From: a virus | Lineage: Duplodnaviria; Caudoviricetes | IMG/VR virus record: IMGVR_UViG_3300033487_000015 | Coordinates: 1-43,954 of that record | Length of the DNA stretch: 43,954 bases | Direction: 5' to 3' (one strand) | Shown: positions 35,256 to 43,954 of the stretch, piece by piece | Layout of the letters: every line of letters begins with the position of its first letter | How positions within the stretch are numbered: the first letter of the stretch is position 1 | The notes under the pieces: generated by a model | What the model was told of the DNA's origin: nothing | The model's input: the letters and a program-made list of their open reading frames with translations, nothing else | Databases searched by the model: none | Made by a program: the position numbers and the translations under genes

Positions 35256-37424
35256 ATGAGTAGGGAAATTTTCAAACTTCATGGCGTTGTAAGTGCCGGC
35301 GGCCTCGAGGGAGTCAAGGGCGCGCTCATGGAGCTTGATGGCAAGCTCAAGAAGGTCGACAAGGCCTTCGCCCAATTCGGCCGCCAGGCGACGAAGCTTG
35401 GTACCACGTTCACAAAGTATTTCACGGCTCCCCTGGTTGCCGTCGGCGCGGCGGTAGCGATGGCCGAGAATAAGACGATTCAATATGCCGAGCAGCTGGT
35501 GAAACTCAATGATATTACCGGGCTCTCCACCGACACCTTGCAGGAATTCAAACACGTTGCGGCCATGACCAACGTCGAGTTCGACGCCATTTCGGGCGCG
35601 GTTGAGAAGTTCGCCCGGCAGCTCCCGGAAATAGCCAAGAAAAGCGGCCCGGCATATGGGGCACTGAAGCAACTCGGCGTGAATGTTTTCGACTCAGCGG
35701 GCAGGGTACGCGATATCAATGAACTTTTACCGGAGATGATAAAGCAGATCCAGCAAGTCCCGGATCCAATGGCCCGCCTGGCGATCGCTCAACAGGTTTT
35801 TGGACGAGGCGCCGGCGAGCTCGGGCCGATTCTGAAAATGACCGGCGCGCAGCTGGAGACGATGCGGAGGGAGGCTCATGATATGGGTGTCGTCATGAGC
35901 GGCGAATCCCTGAAGGCGGCCGAGGCCTTCGGCGACCAGGTCGATAAGCTCAAAGAGCAGACCAATGCCATGGTGATGAAGCTTGCATCGGATTTCCTCC
36001 CTGTTTTGCGCGATGAGGTTCTTCCGCTCATTCAAACGAAAGTGATCCCGGCGATGAGGGAGTTTGCTGAAAAAATCAGGGGATTGATTCAGTGGTTTGC
36101 AGGCCTCGACGGATCGATAAAGGCGGTTATCGGAATTACCGCGGCAATAGGTCCATTACTCCTGGTTATGGGAAAAACCGTGGCAATCACCAGGGAACTT
36201 ACCGCCGCATTTAGATTGCTGCGGATCGCCTTCTTCACAAATCCATTTGGCATAGCCATTCTCGGCGCCGGCGCTTTAATTTTGGCAATGGAGAGGTTGA
36301 ATCATTTGATGAATGATGCCGGCCTGGAAAACGCTGAAAATGGGTACAGAAACAAAGTGTCGAATCTCCTTGCTAAGGATGTGAAGCAACTGGAACGGCT
36401 CAGGGAAATACAGAAGCAAGGATCCTGGTCTTATATAGATCCGGAAGAGCTGAAGCGACTTGGGGTCGCGGACGGCCGGCTCGAAAACATCGGGAAGCGG
36501 ATCCAAAATCTCGAAAAATTGACAGCAATGACAAAAAAGAACCTGTTGGGAATTCCGGTCACTGAAACGCCCTCTATTCCGGAAACTCCCGCGGCGAGCA
36601 ACTACAATTTTGATGCGGGCGACAAAGATAAAGGTCTGAGAATCGAAGAGGAATACCAGGACAAACTCGGTGAAATCCAACGCGAAGCCGACGAATGGAT
36701 TGACGAGAACAACGAAGCGCGAAAGGAAAAAGCGAGGGGGCTTGAAGAGGAAATCGCAGGATTCATGATTGACTCACGCAACATGGCGGCTCAGAAGCAA
36801 AAGGAGGCCAACGAACGAATAAAAATGGAGGATGAACAATTAGCCACAAGCCTTTTAACCACATTTAGTACCATGGGGCAATTGGTTGTGGAAGGCCTCG
36901 ATGATGGAATTGCCGGGATGAAGAAATCGTTTAAAGGCATACTTACTCTGTGGCTTGACTTTATTGAAAAAATGGTTGTCGGTTCCATAATTGCCAATGC
37001 CGCGAAAAAATTCAGCGGATTCCCCGGCGGCTTGATTGGCCTTGCCCAGGCCGCATTGGAAGCCACCGCCTTGACGGCATTGTTTGAAATCGCCAAAAAA
37101 GGTATTGAATCTTTCGGCTCCGGAGCTTACGTCCAGGGCGGCCGGGGCGGAGTACTCGCGGAAATCGGCGAGCGAAGCGATTCCGAAGTGGTATTACCGA
37201 TGAAAGCCGGCGCGCAGGCGCTCGCCGACAGCATTATTACCCGTCTCGGATCAATCGCGCCGGCGTTGCGGGTTCCAGCTTTCGCAGGGGCGCCTGCGGG
37301 GCGGCCGGTTGAACATCACTGGCATATAGGAGTTCTTGTCGCCGATGACCGAGGAATAAAAGAACTCGAGCGACGGCAGAGTCAATACAGGATTTTGGAA
37401 GCGCAGCGGAGAGGGGCGGACTGA
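35256..37424 (+). CDS. Tape measure protein
   Basis: Long A/G-rich helical protein; C-terminal LAEIGE...EVVLP. Confidence 0.88.
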   Translation: MSREIFKLHGVVSAGGLEGVKGALMELDGKLKKVDKAFAQFGRQATKLGTTFTKYFTAPLVAVGAAVAMAENKTIQYAEQLVKLNDITGLSTDTLQEFKHVAAMTNVEFDAISGAVEKFARQLPEIAKKSGPAYGALKQLGVNVFDSAGRVRDINELLPEMIKQIQQVPDPMARLAIAQQVFGRGAGELGPILKMTGAQLETMRREAHDMGVVMSGESLKAAEAFGDQVDKLKEQTNAMVMKLASDFLPVLRDEVLPLIQTKVIPAMREFAEKIRGLIQWFAGLDGSIKAVIGITAAIGPLLLVMGKTVAITRELTAAFRLLRIAFFTNPFGIAILGAGALILAMERLNHLMNDAGLENAENGYRNKVSNLLAKDVKQLERLREIQKQGSWSYIDPEELKRLGVADGRLENIGKRIQNLEKLTAMTKKNLLGIPVTETPSIPETPAASNYNFDAGDKDKGLRIEEEYQDKLGEIQREADEWIDENNEARKEKARGLEEEIAGFMIDSRNMAAQKQKEANERIKMEDEQLATSLLTTFSTMGQLVVEGLDDGIAGMKKSFKGILTLWLDFIEKMVVGSIIANAAKKFSGFPGGLIGLAQAALEATALTALFEIAKKGIESFGSGAYVQGGRGGVLAEIGERSDSEVVLPMKAGAQALADSIITRLGSIAPALRVPAFAGAPAGRPVEHHWHIGVLVADDRGIKELERRQSQYRILEAQRRGAD

Positions 37425-37816
37425 TGGCAAGAAAAGGGGAAATTTACATTAAGACCGTCAATGATCTGGAGCCCCGGCTTATGTCCGCATTCGGACGGAA
37501 GGTCACCATTACCGATACCGAAATATCGAAATCCGAGCGGACCGCGTCGGGAAAATTGTGCAAGGACATCATCGCGACTCCGCGGAAAATCGTCTTCAAT
37601 TTCGAAATGATCGATGGCGATGAACTCGATTATTATATCGAAAGTCTTTACGAAACATACGATGAACTGCTTTTAATTTTTTACACCACGGATCAGCTCT
37701 ACGATGAATATACATGCCTCATGGAGCCCATTTCACGGGAGCGCATTCTTTTGCTCGGAAACGGCCTTTGGGGCAATGTGAGCGTTGAATTCAACGAGGT
37801 GAGCCGGACGGTATGA
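37424..37816 (+). CDS. Distal tail protein-like
   Basis: RTASGKL..DII motif, follows the tape measure gene. Confidence 0.65.
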   Translation: MARKGEIYIKTVNDLEPRLMSAFGRKVTITDTEISKSERTASGKLCKDIIATPRKIVFNFEMIDGDELDYYIESLYETYDELLLIFYTTDQLYDEYTCLMEPISRERILLLGNGLWGNVSVEFNEVSRTV

Positions 37817-39771
37817 TTACAACGAGCGCGGAATTTACTACTGCAATCAAAGGGAACATTCGCCGCATCCGCGCGAAGGTGCAAATTTTATGGACCAATT
37901 ACGCGACGATCGATTCCAGCATCACCGTAACTTCCAATGATGACAACCGGGGGAATCCCCTGAACGATATCCAGGCGGCGGATGGAAAGACTAACGCTTC
38001 GTACAAATGGGCGCATCTCGATGGAACCCTGGTAGCAGACGGAACATTTCACCCAATGCCGAACGACAGCCAGGCAGCCACCGCCCAGATGGGGTGGTAC
38101 GGCGCCACCCGCTGCAACGGCTCGGCGCAATGGAGCGCGCCGTATCCCACGCTGACGGTTAATTCGGTGAGTGAGATACCGGTGAAGCTTCTGCGGGTAT
38201 GCGGGGATCAGATTTATAATGAATACCCCGTCGATTTCGAGATAAAAATTTACAATGGCGCAACGCTGCTTCATACGGAAACAATCGTCGGGAATACTCT
38301 CCTCGAATGGTCAAAATCACTCGAGGACCAGGCCATAACCGGAGCGACGAAGATTGAGCTCGCAATTAAAAAGTGGAGTGCTGCGAACCGGGTGGCGAAA
38401 ATTCTCGAATTTTACAGCATTTTCCAGGAGGAATACACCGGAGACGACATCGTTTCAATGCACCATCTCGAGGAGCGCGAAATTTCGGACGGGACACTGC
38501 CTGTCGGCAATATCAGCGCGAACGAACTGGATATCGAGCTCCAAAATATCCGGTCTGTACAAAGCGGGGTAGTTATCCGCGACCCCTATGCCTATGAAAA
38601 TTCCGATTCATTTTACAGCAACGTCCTGAAGCTGAATCGGAAAATCAACGCATGGATCGGCGTGAAGCTTCCGGCGGGTAGCATTGAATATGTAAAGCTC
38701 GGTTCTTTCTGGTCTGGCGATTGGAAGGCATCGGAAAAGGGGGGGACCGTTTCCACCTCGGCGCGCGACCGCATGGAGCTCTTGCGCAAGGCCCAATATT
38801 CGGAATGCCCTATTTGTACAAATATAACCGCCTTCGATCTTTTGGAAATCATTCTGAACCATGCAAAGACGAGTGTATCATGGTTATCGGATATGACCTG
38901 GAGCATCGATCCAGAATTGGACGGCAGCGCCTTTGTGATTCCACTCGCCTATTTCCCGCGGCAAAGTTATTTCGAATGCATCCGGCAGATCGCCGAGGCC
39001 TGCATGGCGCAGGCATATATGAGCAGAGAGGATGTCCTCACCATAACCGGCCCGTCATTCGCAGGCACGGCAACGGGCTATGCGATAACCAAGGATGACT
39101 ATTTCGATAAATCACAACCTTCAAAGAGCGAGGAACTCAAAAATTTAATACGTATTCCGATTACGGCATTAATTGCCAGGACGGATATATCGGAACAATT
39201 TCGCAGTCCCGCGGCTGTCAATCTGGGTATCGGCGAAGAAATGACACTATCCGTAGAGTACAGCAATTTTCCGGTTTCCTCAGCGGCAGCGACTCTCGAA
39301 AACGCCTCTTCGGGAATCTCGATCGATGCGGAGAAATCCGAATACTACGCTTGTACCTGTTCCATCGTGGTCAAAAACAATGGCGCTATAGCGGGAAGTT
39401 TTACGCTGGTCGTCACCGGCATTTGCTATGATAAAAAAAGCGATCAATTTTTCGACGCGAATGATGCGGCGTCACAAACCGAATTCGGCGTCCTGAAATA
39501 TGAATATCCTGCGAACCATCTTTTACAAAATGAGGTTATGGCGGAAGCCATAGCAGCGCAGCTCTTGAGCGTTTACAAAATCTGGCGCAAGGATGTTCTA
39601 TTGGAATGGCGCGGGAACCCCGCTCTTGAACTCGGCGATCTTGTTGAGGTCCCGGAATACCAGCGCTTTACCGTTGATAAAAGAGCAAATTTTTTAGTCT
39701 ATAAAAACAAGCTCACTTATGACGGCGCGTTAAGGGTGACGACCGACGGAAGAAAAATTTCCGATGCATAG
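37813..39771 (+). CDS. Tail tip / baseplate hub protein
   Basis: LPVGNISANEL, YVKLGSFW, C-terminal WRGNPALELGD. Confidence 0.75.
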   Translation: MITTSAEFTTAIKGNIRRIRAKVQILWTNYATIDSSITVTSNDDNRGNPLNDIQAADGKTNASYKWAHLDGTLVADGTFHPMPNDSQAATAQMGWYGATRCNGSAQWSAPYPTLTVNSVSEIPVKLLRVCGDQIYNEYPVDFEIKIYNGATLLHTETIVGNTLLEWSKSLEDQAITGATKIELAIKKWSAANRVAKILEFYSIFQEEYTGDDIVSMHHLEEREISDGTLPVGNISANELDIELQNIRSVQSGVVIRDPYAYENSDSFYSNVLKLNRKINAWIGVKLPAGSIEYVKLGSFWSGDWKASEKGGTVSTSARDRMELLRKAQYSECPICTNITAFDLLEIILNHAKTSVSWLSDMTWSIDPELDGSAFVIPLAYFPRQSYFECIRQIAEACMAQAYMSREDVLTITGPSFAGTATGYAITKDDYFDKSQPSKSEELKNLIRIPITALIARTDISEQFRSPAAVNLGIGEEMTLSVEYSNFPVSSAAATLENASSGISIDAEKSEYYACTCSIVVKNNGAIAGSFTLVVTGICYDKKSDQFFDANDAASQTEFGVLKYEYPANHLLQNEVMAEAIAAQLLSVYKIWRKDVLLEWRGNPALELGDLVEVPEYQRFTVDKRANFLVYKNKLTYDGALRVTTDGRKISDA

Positions 39772-39783
39772 AAGGCGGAAGGT

Positions 39784-40164
39784 GTGAATCGTGCTTTGAG
39801 AATTTGTCGTAAATCCGGATGCACGGAACTCGTCAAGGAAGGTTATTGCAATAAGCATCAGCATCTCACGCGGGAGAGGCAGAGGGATTCTTGGAGTGAA
39901 CTTGACAAGAGAAAAACCGATGAGGCGAGGCGATTTTATTCAGGGCCGCGTTGGACAAGATGCTCCGTGAGGCATCGCGCGCGCGAGCCGCTTTGTCAAA
40001 GGTGTAAGGCGGATGGAATTATCAAGGTGGCAGAAATCGTGCATCATAATCCGAGTCGCGAGACGCTCATTGACCAGGACAAGAACCCATATGATGATCA
40101 ATATTTGGAATCACTGTGTTTCAATTGTCATCAGGAAGAATTGAGAAAGAGAAAATACCGGTGA
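39784..40164 (+). CDS. HNH endonuclease (HK97 gp74-like)
   Basis: C..SGC..LV..GYC.KH, FYSGPRW, EPLCQRC, VHH, LESLCFNCH. Confidence 0.88.
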   Translation: MNRALRICRKSGCTELVKEGYCNKHQHLTRERQRDSWSELDKRKTDEARRFYSGPRWTRCSVRHRAREPLCQRCKADGIIKVAEIVHHNPSRETLIDQDKNPYDDQYLESLCFNCHQEELRKRKYR

Positions 40165-42503
40165 GTCTTACGGCAAAAAACGTCGTCGACCTGATAAAGC
40201 AATACCGCGCTGCAGAGGGGATAAGCGGCACAAGCGGCGGTAATGTTCTCGGCACTGGCACGCCTGGATATATTCCCATTTGGGAATCAGGCACCACTCT
40301 GAGCAACTCCCGAATCATCGATGACGGTACAAATGTCTCGATCGACACCGGGTATATAGGTATTGGCACCGCGAGTCCGGTGCGCAAAATCGAAATGTAC
40401 GACTCCGACAATAATACCACTCTTTTTTCGAACGCATCGAATGGGATCCGTTTAAATAATCCATTGGACGATGTTTTCAATCACGAATCGGAAATTCTTT
40501 TCGCGGTGAAGGGTAATAACTTCGCAGGCATCGCCGGGATCTATAACACGTTCACCGATCAGGCGGGCGGCGCGCTCGTATTCGGCACACGGTCTGGAAA
40601 CTCGGCCGACGGGACAGGAATAAACGAACGCATGCGCATCGCCGCGAATGGGATCATCACCGTTGGTACGCCCAATTTTACTATTTCCGGGCCGTCGAAT
40701 GCATCCGCTGTTCTGACGGTCGGCTCGGGCTCAGGCTCAGCAACCGACAAGGTTTTTCGCGTCCTGGGGGATTTGTCACCGAGCGAAGTCGAAAGGTTCA
40801 CGGTTTTACGTAACGGCAATGTAGGTATTGGGGTTGTTGCGCCCTCCTATATGCTCGATGTCAATGGAGATGTGAACATCGTGGCGGGATCGCACTATAA
40901 AATCGGAGGTACGAACCTGTCGTATGGTGATATAGGAGCGGAGGCGGCAGGAGCGGCGGCCACAGCAGTCAGCGGTACCGCATCATATTACGCACTGTTC
41001 TCTGCGGCTCATGCTATTGGGGATGGATACGTAAGAGATGTAGGCGGACTCGTTGGAATAGGAACCGTGAGCGATGCGGCAAAAATCCTGTGGCCCCTCA
41101 CTGTAAGAAAGTCCGCGGCGGAGGCATCGATTTGCATTACGGGTCCCGATGGGTATCAGCAGGCGCTCTGGCTTTTTAACGAGACGAGTATTCGCTGGGG
41201 AATTTATCGCCCTGCGTCGACAACGGACCTACGCATAGGCGTGGCGAGTGACACGGACAAAATGACATTTAAATCGGATGGCAAAGTCGGCATCGGCACC
41301 GCGAGCCCAGCGCGTAAAATTGAAATGTACGACTCGGATGCAAATACCACCTTGTTCAGCAATACAATGAATGGGATCCGGCTCAATAATCCTTTATCGG
41401 ATGTTTTTAACCACGAGAGCGAAATCCTATTTGGTATGCAAAGCGCAAACTTCGCCGGCATCGCTGGCATTTACAATACGTACACCGATCAAGTAGGCGG
41501 CGCGCTCGTGTTCGGCACTCGGTCCGGCAATTCGGCCGATGGAACCGGAATAACCGAACGGATGCGCATCGCGGCCAACGGAATCATCACCGTCGGCACA
41601 CCCAATTTTACGATTTCGGGGGCATCAAGTTCATCCGCGGTTCTGACGGTCGGCTCGGGCTCAGGCTCAGCCACCGACAAGGTTATTCGCGTCCTGGGCG
41701 ACCTTTCCCCGAGCGAAGTCGAACGATTCACGATTTTGAGGAACGGGAAAGTAGGCATTGGGATTACAAGCCCTTCGACTATATTGACGATTCAAGGGGA
41801 CGGCACCGAGGCGGGCGGCGAACTGCTGTTAATCAATGGTGTCGGCGGGTGTCAGGTGGCACTATGTCCCGCGACGGCAGTTAATGCCTTTGTCGGGACG
41901 AAAACGAATAACCATTTTTACGTTCGCACAAACAATCTTGATAGGATAATGATTACCGACGCCGGCAACGTGGGCATAGGAATTGTGCCGTTATACATTT
42001 TTCACGTTGCCGGACCCGAAATGCGCCTCACTTCGAATGCTGCCTACGGAATTATCCGCGCCTCTAACACCGACTCCGACTATTACAGCGCGCTATCGGC
42101 GCTTAACGATTCAGACCAACAGATTAATATTACAATGTTTGGTTCTACTGCGGTTGGCACCACCTGCGGAATCAATAACGCGAAACTGGGAACGTTGGCA
42201 TGTGACGGCGACGCTTTGGTCGTGAACATTGTTAACGCTTATCCAATTTATTTGGGCACAAACGACGTTGCCAGAATGACGATACTCGGCGATGGCAAAA
42301 TAGGCATTGGAACAATGATCCCCGGATACGAGTTCGAGGTTGTGGGAGATGTCAAGATTTCCGCAAAATTCGGATGCAATGGAGCAGATCCTCAAGCGGC
42401 GTATGCTATTGGGAATGCATGTACGGATTTGGCAACAGTAATCTCTTTGGCAAACTTAATGCGCACTCTATTACTTAACAACGGTACAGGAAAGGTGTCA
42501 TAG
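40161..42503 (+). CDS. Tail fibre / receptor-binding protein with internal duplication
   Basis: Repeated G[NK]VGIG and ERMRI motifs; 158-aa block present twice. Confidence 0.75.
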   Translation: MSLTAKNVVDLIKQYRAAEGISGTSGGNVLGTGTPGYIPIWESGTTLSNSRIIDDGTNVSIDTGYIGIGTASPVRKIEMYDSDNNTTLFSNASNGIRLNNPLDDVFNHESEILFAVKGNNFAGIAGIYNTFTDQAGGALVFGTRSGNSADGTGINERMRIAANGIITVGTPNFTISGPSNASAVLTVGSGSGSATDKVFRVLGDLSPSEVERFTVLRNGNVGIGVVAPSYMLDVNGDVNIVAGSHYKIGGTNLSYGDIGAEAAGAAATAVSGTASYYALFSAAHAIGDGYVRDVGGLVGIGTVSDAAKILWPLTVRKSAAEASICITGPDGYQQALWLFNETSIRWGIYRPASTTDLRIGVASDTDKMTFKSDGKVGIGTASPARKIEMYDSDANTTLFSNTMNGIRLNNPLSDVFNHESEILFGMQSANFAGIAGIYNTYTDQVGGALVFGTRSGNSADGTGITERMRIAANGIITVGTPNFTISGASSSSAVLTVGSGSGSATDKVIRVLGDLSPSEVERFTILRNGKVGIGITSPSTILTIQGDGTEAGGELLLINGVGGCQVALCPATAVNAFVGTKTNNHFYVRTNNLDRIMITDAGNVGIGIVPLYIFHVAGPEMRLTSNAAYGIIRASNTDSDYYSALSALNDSDQQINITMFGSTAVGTTCGINNAKLGTLACDGDALVVNIVNAYPIYLGTNDVARMTILGDGKIGIGTMIPGYEFEVVGDVKISAKFGCNGADPQAAYAIGNACTDLATVISLANLMRTLLLNNGTGKVS
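40359..41762 (+). repeat. Diverged 474-bp direct repeat (40359-40832 and 41289-41762)
   Basis: Offset exactly 930 bp with no indels; many synonymous differences. Confidence 0.9.
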
Positions 42504-42938
42504 ATGCCATATACATTGAAAGCGAATGTGGTTTGGGTCGAAGGAACTTCTCTTGAATCCAAGCCAAGCTACGAGGAAGGGGCCAGAGACGGCCACTTCC
42601 TTAACGAATACGATACTGGAAAGCAGTATCTCAGAAGGTACGGAGTGTGGGAGGATGCAGATATTGGCTTGTTACTTGTCAAAACAACAAAAAACGGCCC
42701 AGCAACGAGTGACGCAAACGGACTTGCAACAATATCTTTTTCGCTACCACTTGCCAACACAAATTATTCAATCACATTTGGATTACAAGATGAGGGAAGT
42801 CCAGGCAATTTGGGTATCCCGCATTTTTACGATAAAGCCGTTGATGGTTTTAAGGTAATCACGAGGGCAACTGCGGGAGGCGCGCCGAAAGCGAACGTAA
42901 CTTTTGATTGGTTCGTAACCTTGCACTTTAATCCTTAG
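42504..42938 (+). CDS. Tail fibre-associated protein (gp53 / H-type lectin-like C-terminus)
   Basis: ATISFSLPLANTNYSI...DGFKV...FDWF. Confidence 0.5.
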   Translation: MPYTLKANVVWVEGTSLESKPSYEEGARDGHFLNEYDTGKQYLRRYGVWEDADIGLLLVKTTKNGPATSDANGLATISFSLPLANTNYSITFGLQDEGSPGNLGIPHFYDKAVDGFKVITRATAGGAPKANVTFDWFVTLHFNP

Positions 42939-42956
42939 TCTTAAGAGGAGCGACGA

Positions 42957-43379
42957 ATGGAAAAGAAAATTACGTTGAGGCAGATGGGTACGCTCTATAT
43001 GGCAATAAGTAAGATGGGCGACGCGGGCGTGAGCGTGAAGGGAATGGGAATGATCGATCTGGCAATAAACAAGGCGAAGATCGAGCCAGCGATCCTGGAG
43101 TATGAAAAAATGAGGCGCCTCCCGGAAAGGATTCAGCAATACAACCGGAGGTTGGCAGCCTGTAAGACGCCGGAGGAAAGGATTAAATTGTTCGAGGTGT
43201 TTTCCTCGGATATCGAGGCATACGACAAAAGAGAAATCGAACTCACCGATCTTAATGACGGGGAGCGCGTCGTGGATTTACTGATAATAAAGAGGAACCA
43301 GCTCGTCATCGACGAGAAAAACGGCAAGGCGGCAGAGGTGTTGTTTGGCCTCCTTCCGGTGATCGAAATGGAGAAATGA
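42957..43379 (+). CDS. Hypothetical protein
   Basis: gaggag RBS; helical ORF. Confidence 0.6.
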   Translation: MEKKITLRQMGTLYMAISKMGDAGVSVKGMGMIDLAINKAKIEPAILEYEKMRRLPERIQQYNRRLAACKTPEERIKLFEVFSSDIEAYDKREIELTDLNDGERVVDLLIIKRNQLVIDEKNGKAAEVLFGLLPVIEMEK

Positions 43380-43630
43380 TTCCGATGCCTGCAGATTTCA
43401 TTCAGATAACAATACCAGCCGGCATCGTTGGCGGTGCGATCACGCTCGTCATACGGGAATTCGGGGGCAAGATTTTTGCCGGGCACCATGGAAATGGCGA
43501 TATGAAAGGCAAATTATCAAGAGAAGAGCATGCGCTTCTTTGCAATAAGGCGTATCAAAGGGTCGAAATAAAAATTGATAAAATGCAGTTGAGGATTGAC
43601 CGGATTTTTGAATTGCTGGCCGATAAATAA
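43376..43630 (+). CDS. Small TM plus coiled-coil protein (holin/antiholin-like)
   Basis: N-terminal hydrophobic segment, IEIKIDKMQLRIDRIFE-type coil, directly before endolysin. Confidence 0.5.
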   Translation: MIPMPADFIQITIPAGIVGGAITLVIREFGGKIFAGHHGNGDMKGKLSREEHALLCNKAYQRVEIKIDKMQLRIDRIFELLADK

Positions 43631-43644
43631 GAAAGGAATGATCT

Positions 43645-43954
43645 ATGAGATTTTCCTATGGGCCCAATGCAAAACAGATCATGCCGTGGGCGGAGGCAAT
43701 CATTGAGGAAATACTCATTCGTGCCGGTATTGCCGGTGCGATCGTAACCAGCACGAAGCGGACGCCGGCGGATCAGGCAAGGATAATGTATGCGAATCTC
43801 AATGGTCCAGGCCTGGATAGACGTAGATACATCGAGCGGCAATTGCGCCTCTATGGCGACAACGGCGACTTGGTGATCAGGGTATTCGAGCAACAACTTG
43901 CCATTGGTGCGACAGCTGCCGATACGATGCATGCGATGGAGCAAAAGATAATCC
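43645..43954 (+). CDS. Endolysin, N-terminal part (continues at 1-313)
   Basis: aagga RBS, ATG 43645 in frame with ORF 8-313 after removing the 119-bp overlap. Confidence 0.7.
   Translation, partial: MRFSYGPNAKQIMPWAEAIIEEILIRAGIAGAIVTSTKRTPADQARIMYANLNGPGLDRRRYIERQLRLYGDNGDLVIRVFEQQLAIGATAADTMHAMEQKII

Noticed and set aside
40359-41762. Diversity-generating retroelement TR/VR pair
   Set aside because: No reverse transcriptase is visible, both copies are in frame within one gene, and differences are not adenine-specific (many C/T synonymous changes)
25250-43944. Numerous minus-strand ORFs over the structural genes
   Set aside because: They are antisense shadows of well-supported plus-strand genes and show no recognisable motifs
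43836-43954. 119-bp terminal repeat as a biological terminal repeat
   Set aside because: It falls inside the endolysin ORF, far from the terminase region; best explained as assembler overlap of a circular contig

Overview
Apparently complete, circular temperate siphovirus genome of about 43.8 kb. Positions 43836-43954 repeat 1-119 exactly, and the endolysin ORF reads through that junction. The modules are lysis, extra virion genes, a divergent repressor/cro-like switch, replication and accessory genes, a tyrosine integrase with an attP carrying the 3' part of a tRNA-His, HK97-type packaging and head genes interrupted by two glycosyltransferase genes, and a long non-contractile tail. Two systems stand out. 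(1) At 16357-20590, a second tyrosine recombinase that resembles integron integrases but lacks the IntI-specific insertion is followed by about 9 single-gene cassettes separated by non-canonical attC-like hairpins. Each cassette's start is complementary to its own end. (2) At 24184-24902, a lone RAMP/Cas7-like gene sits between terminase and portal, flanked on both sides by arrays of GGT-NN pentamers with variable dinucleotides, which suggests a compact RNA-guided module. All product calls come from motif recognition by eye; no database searches were run.
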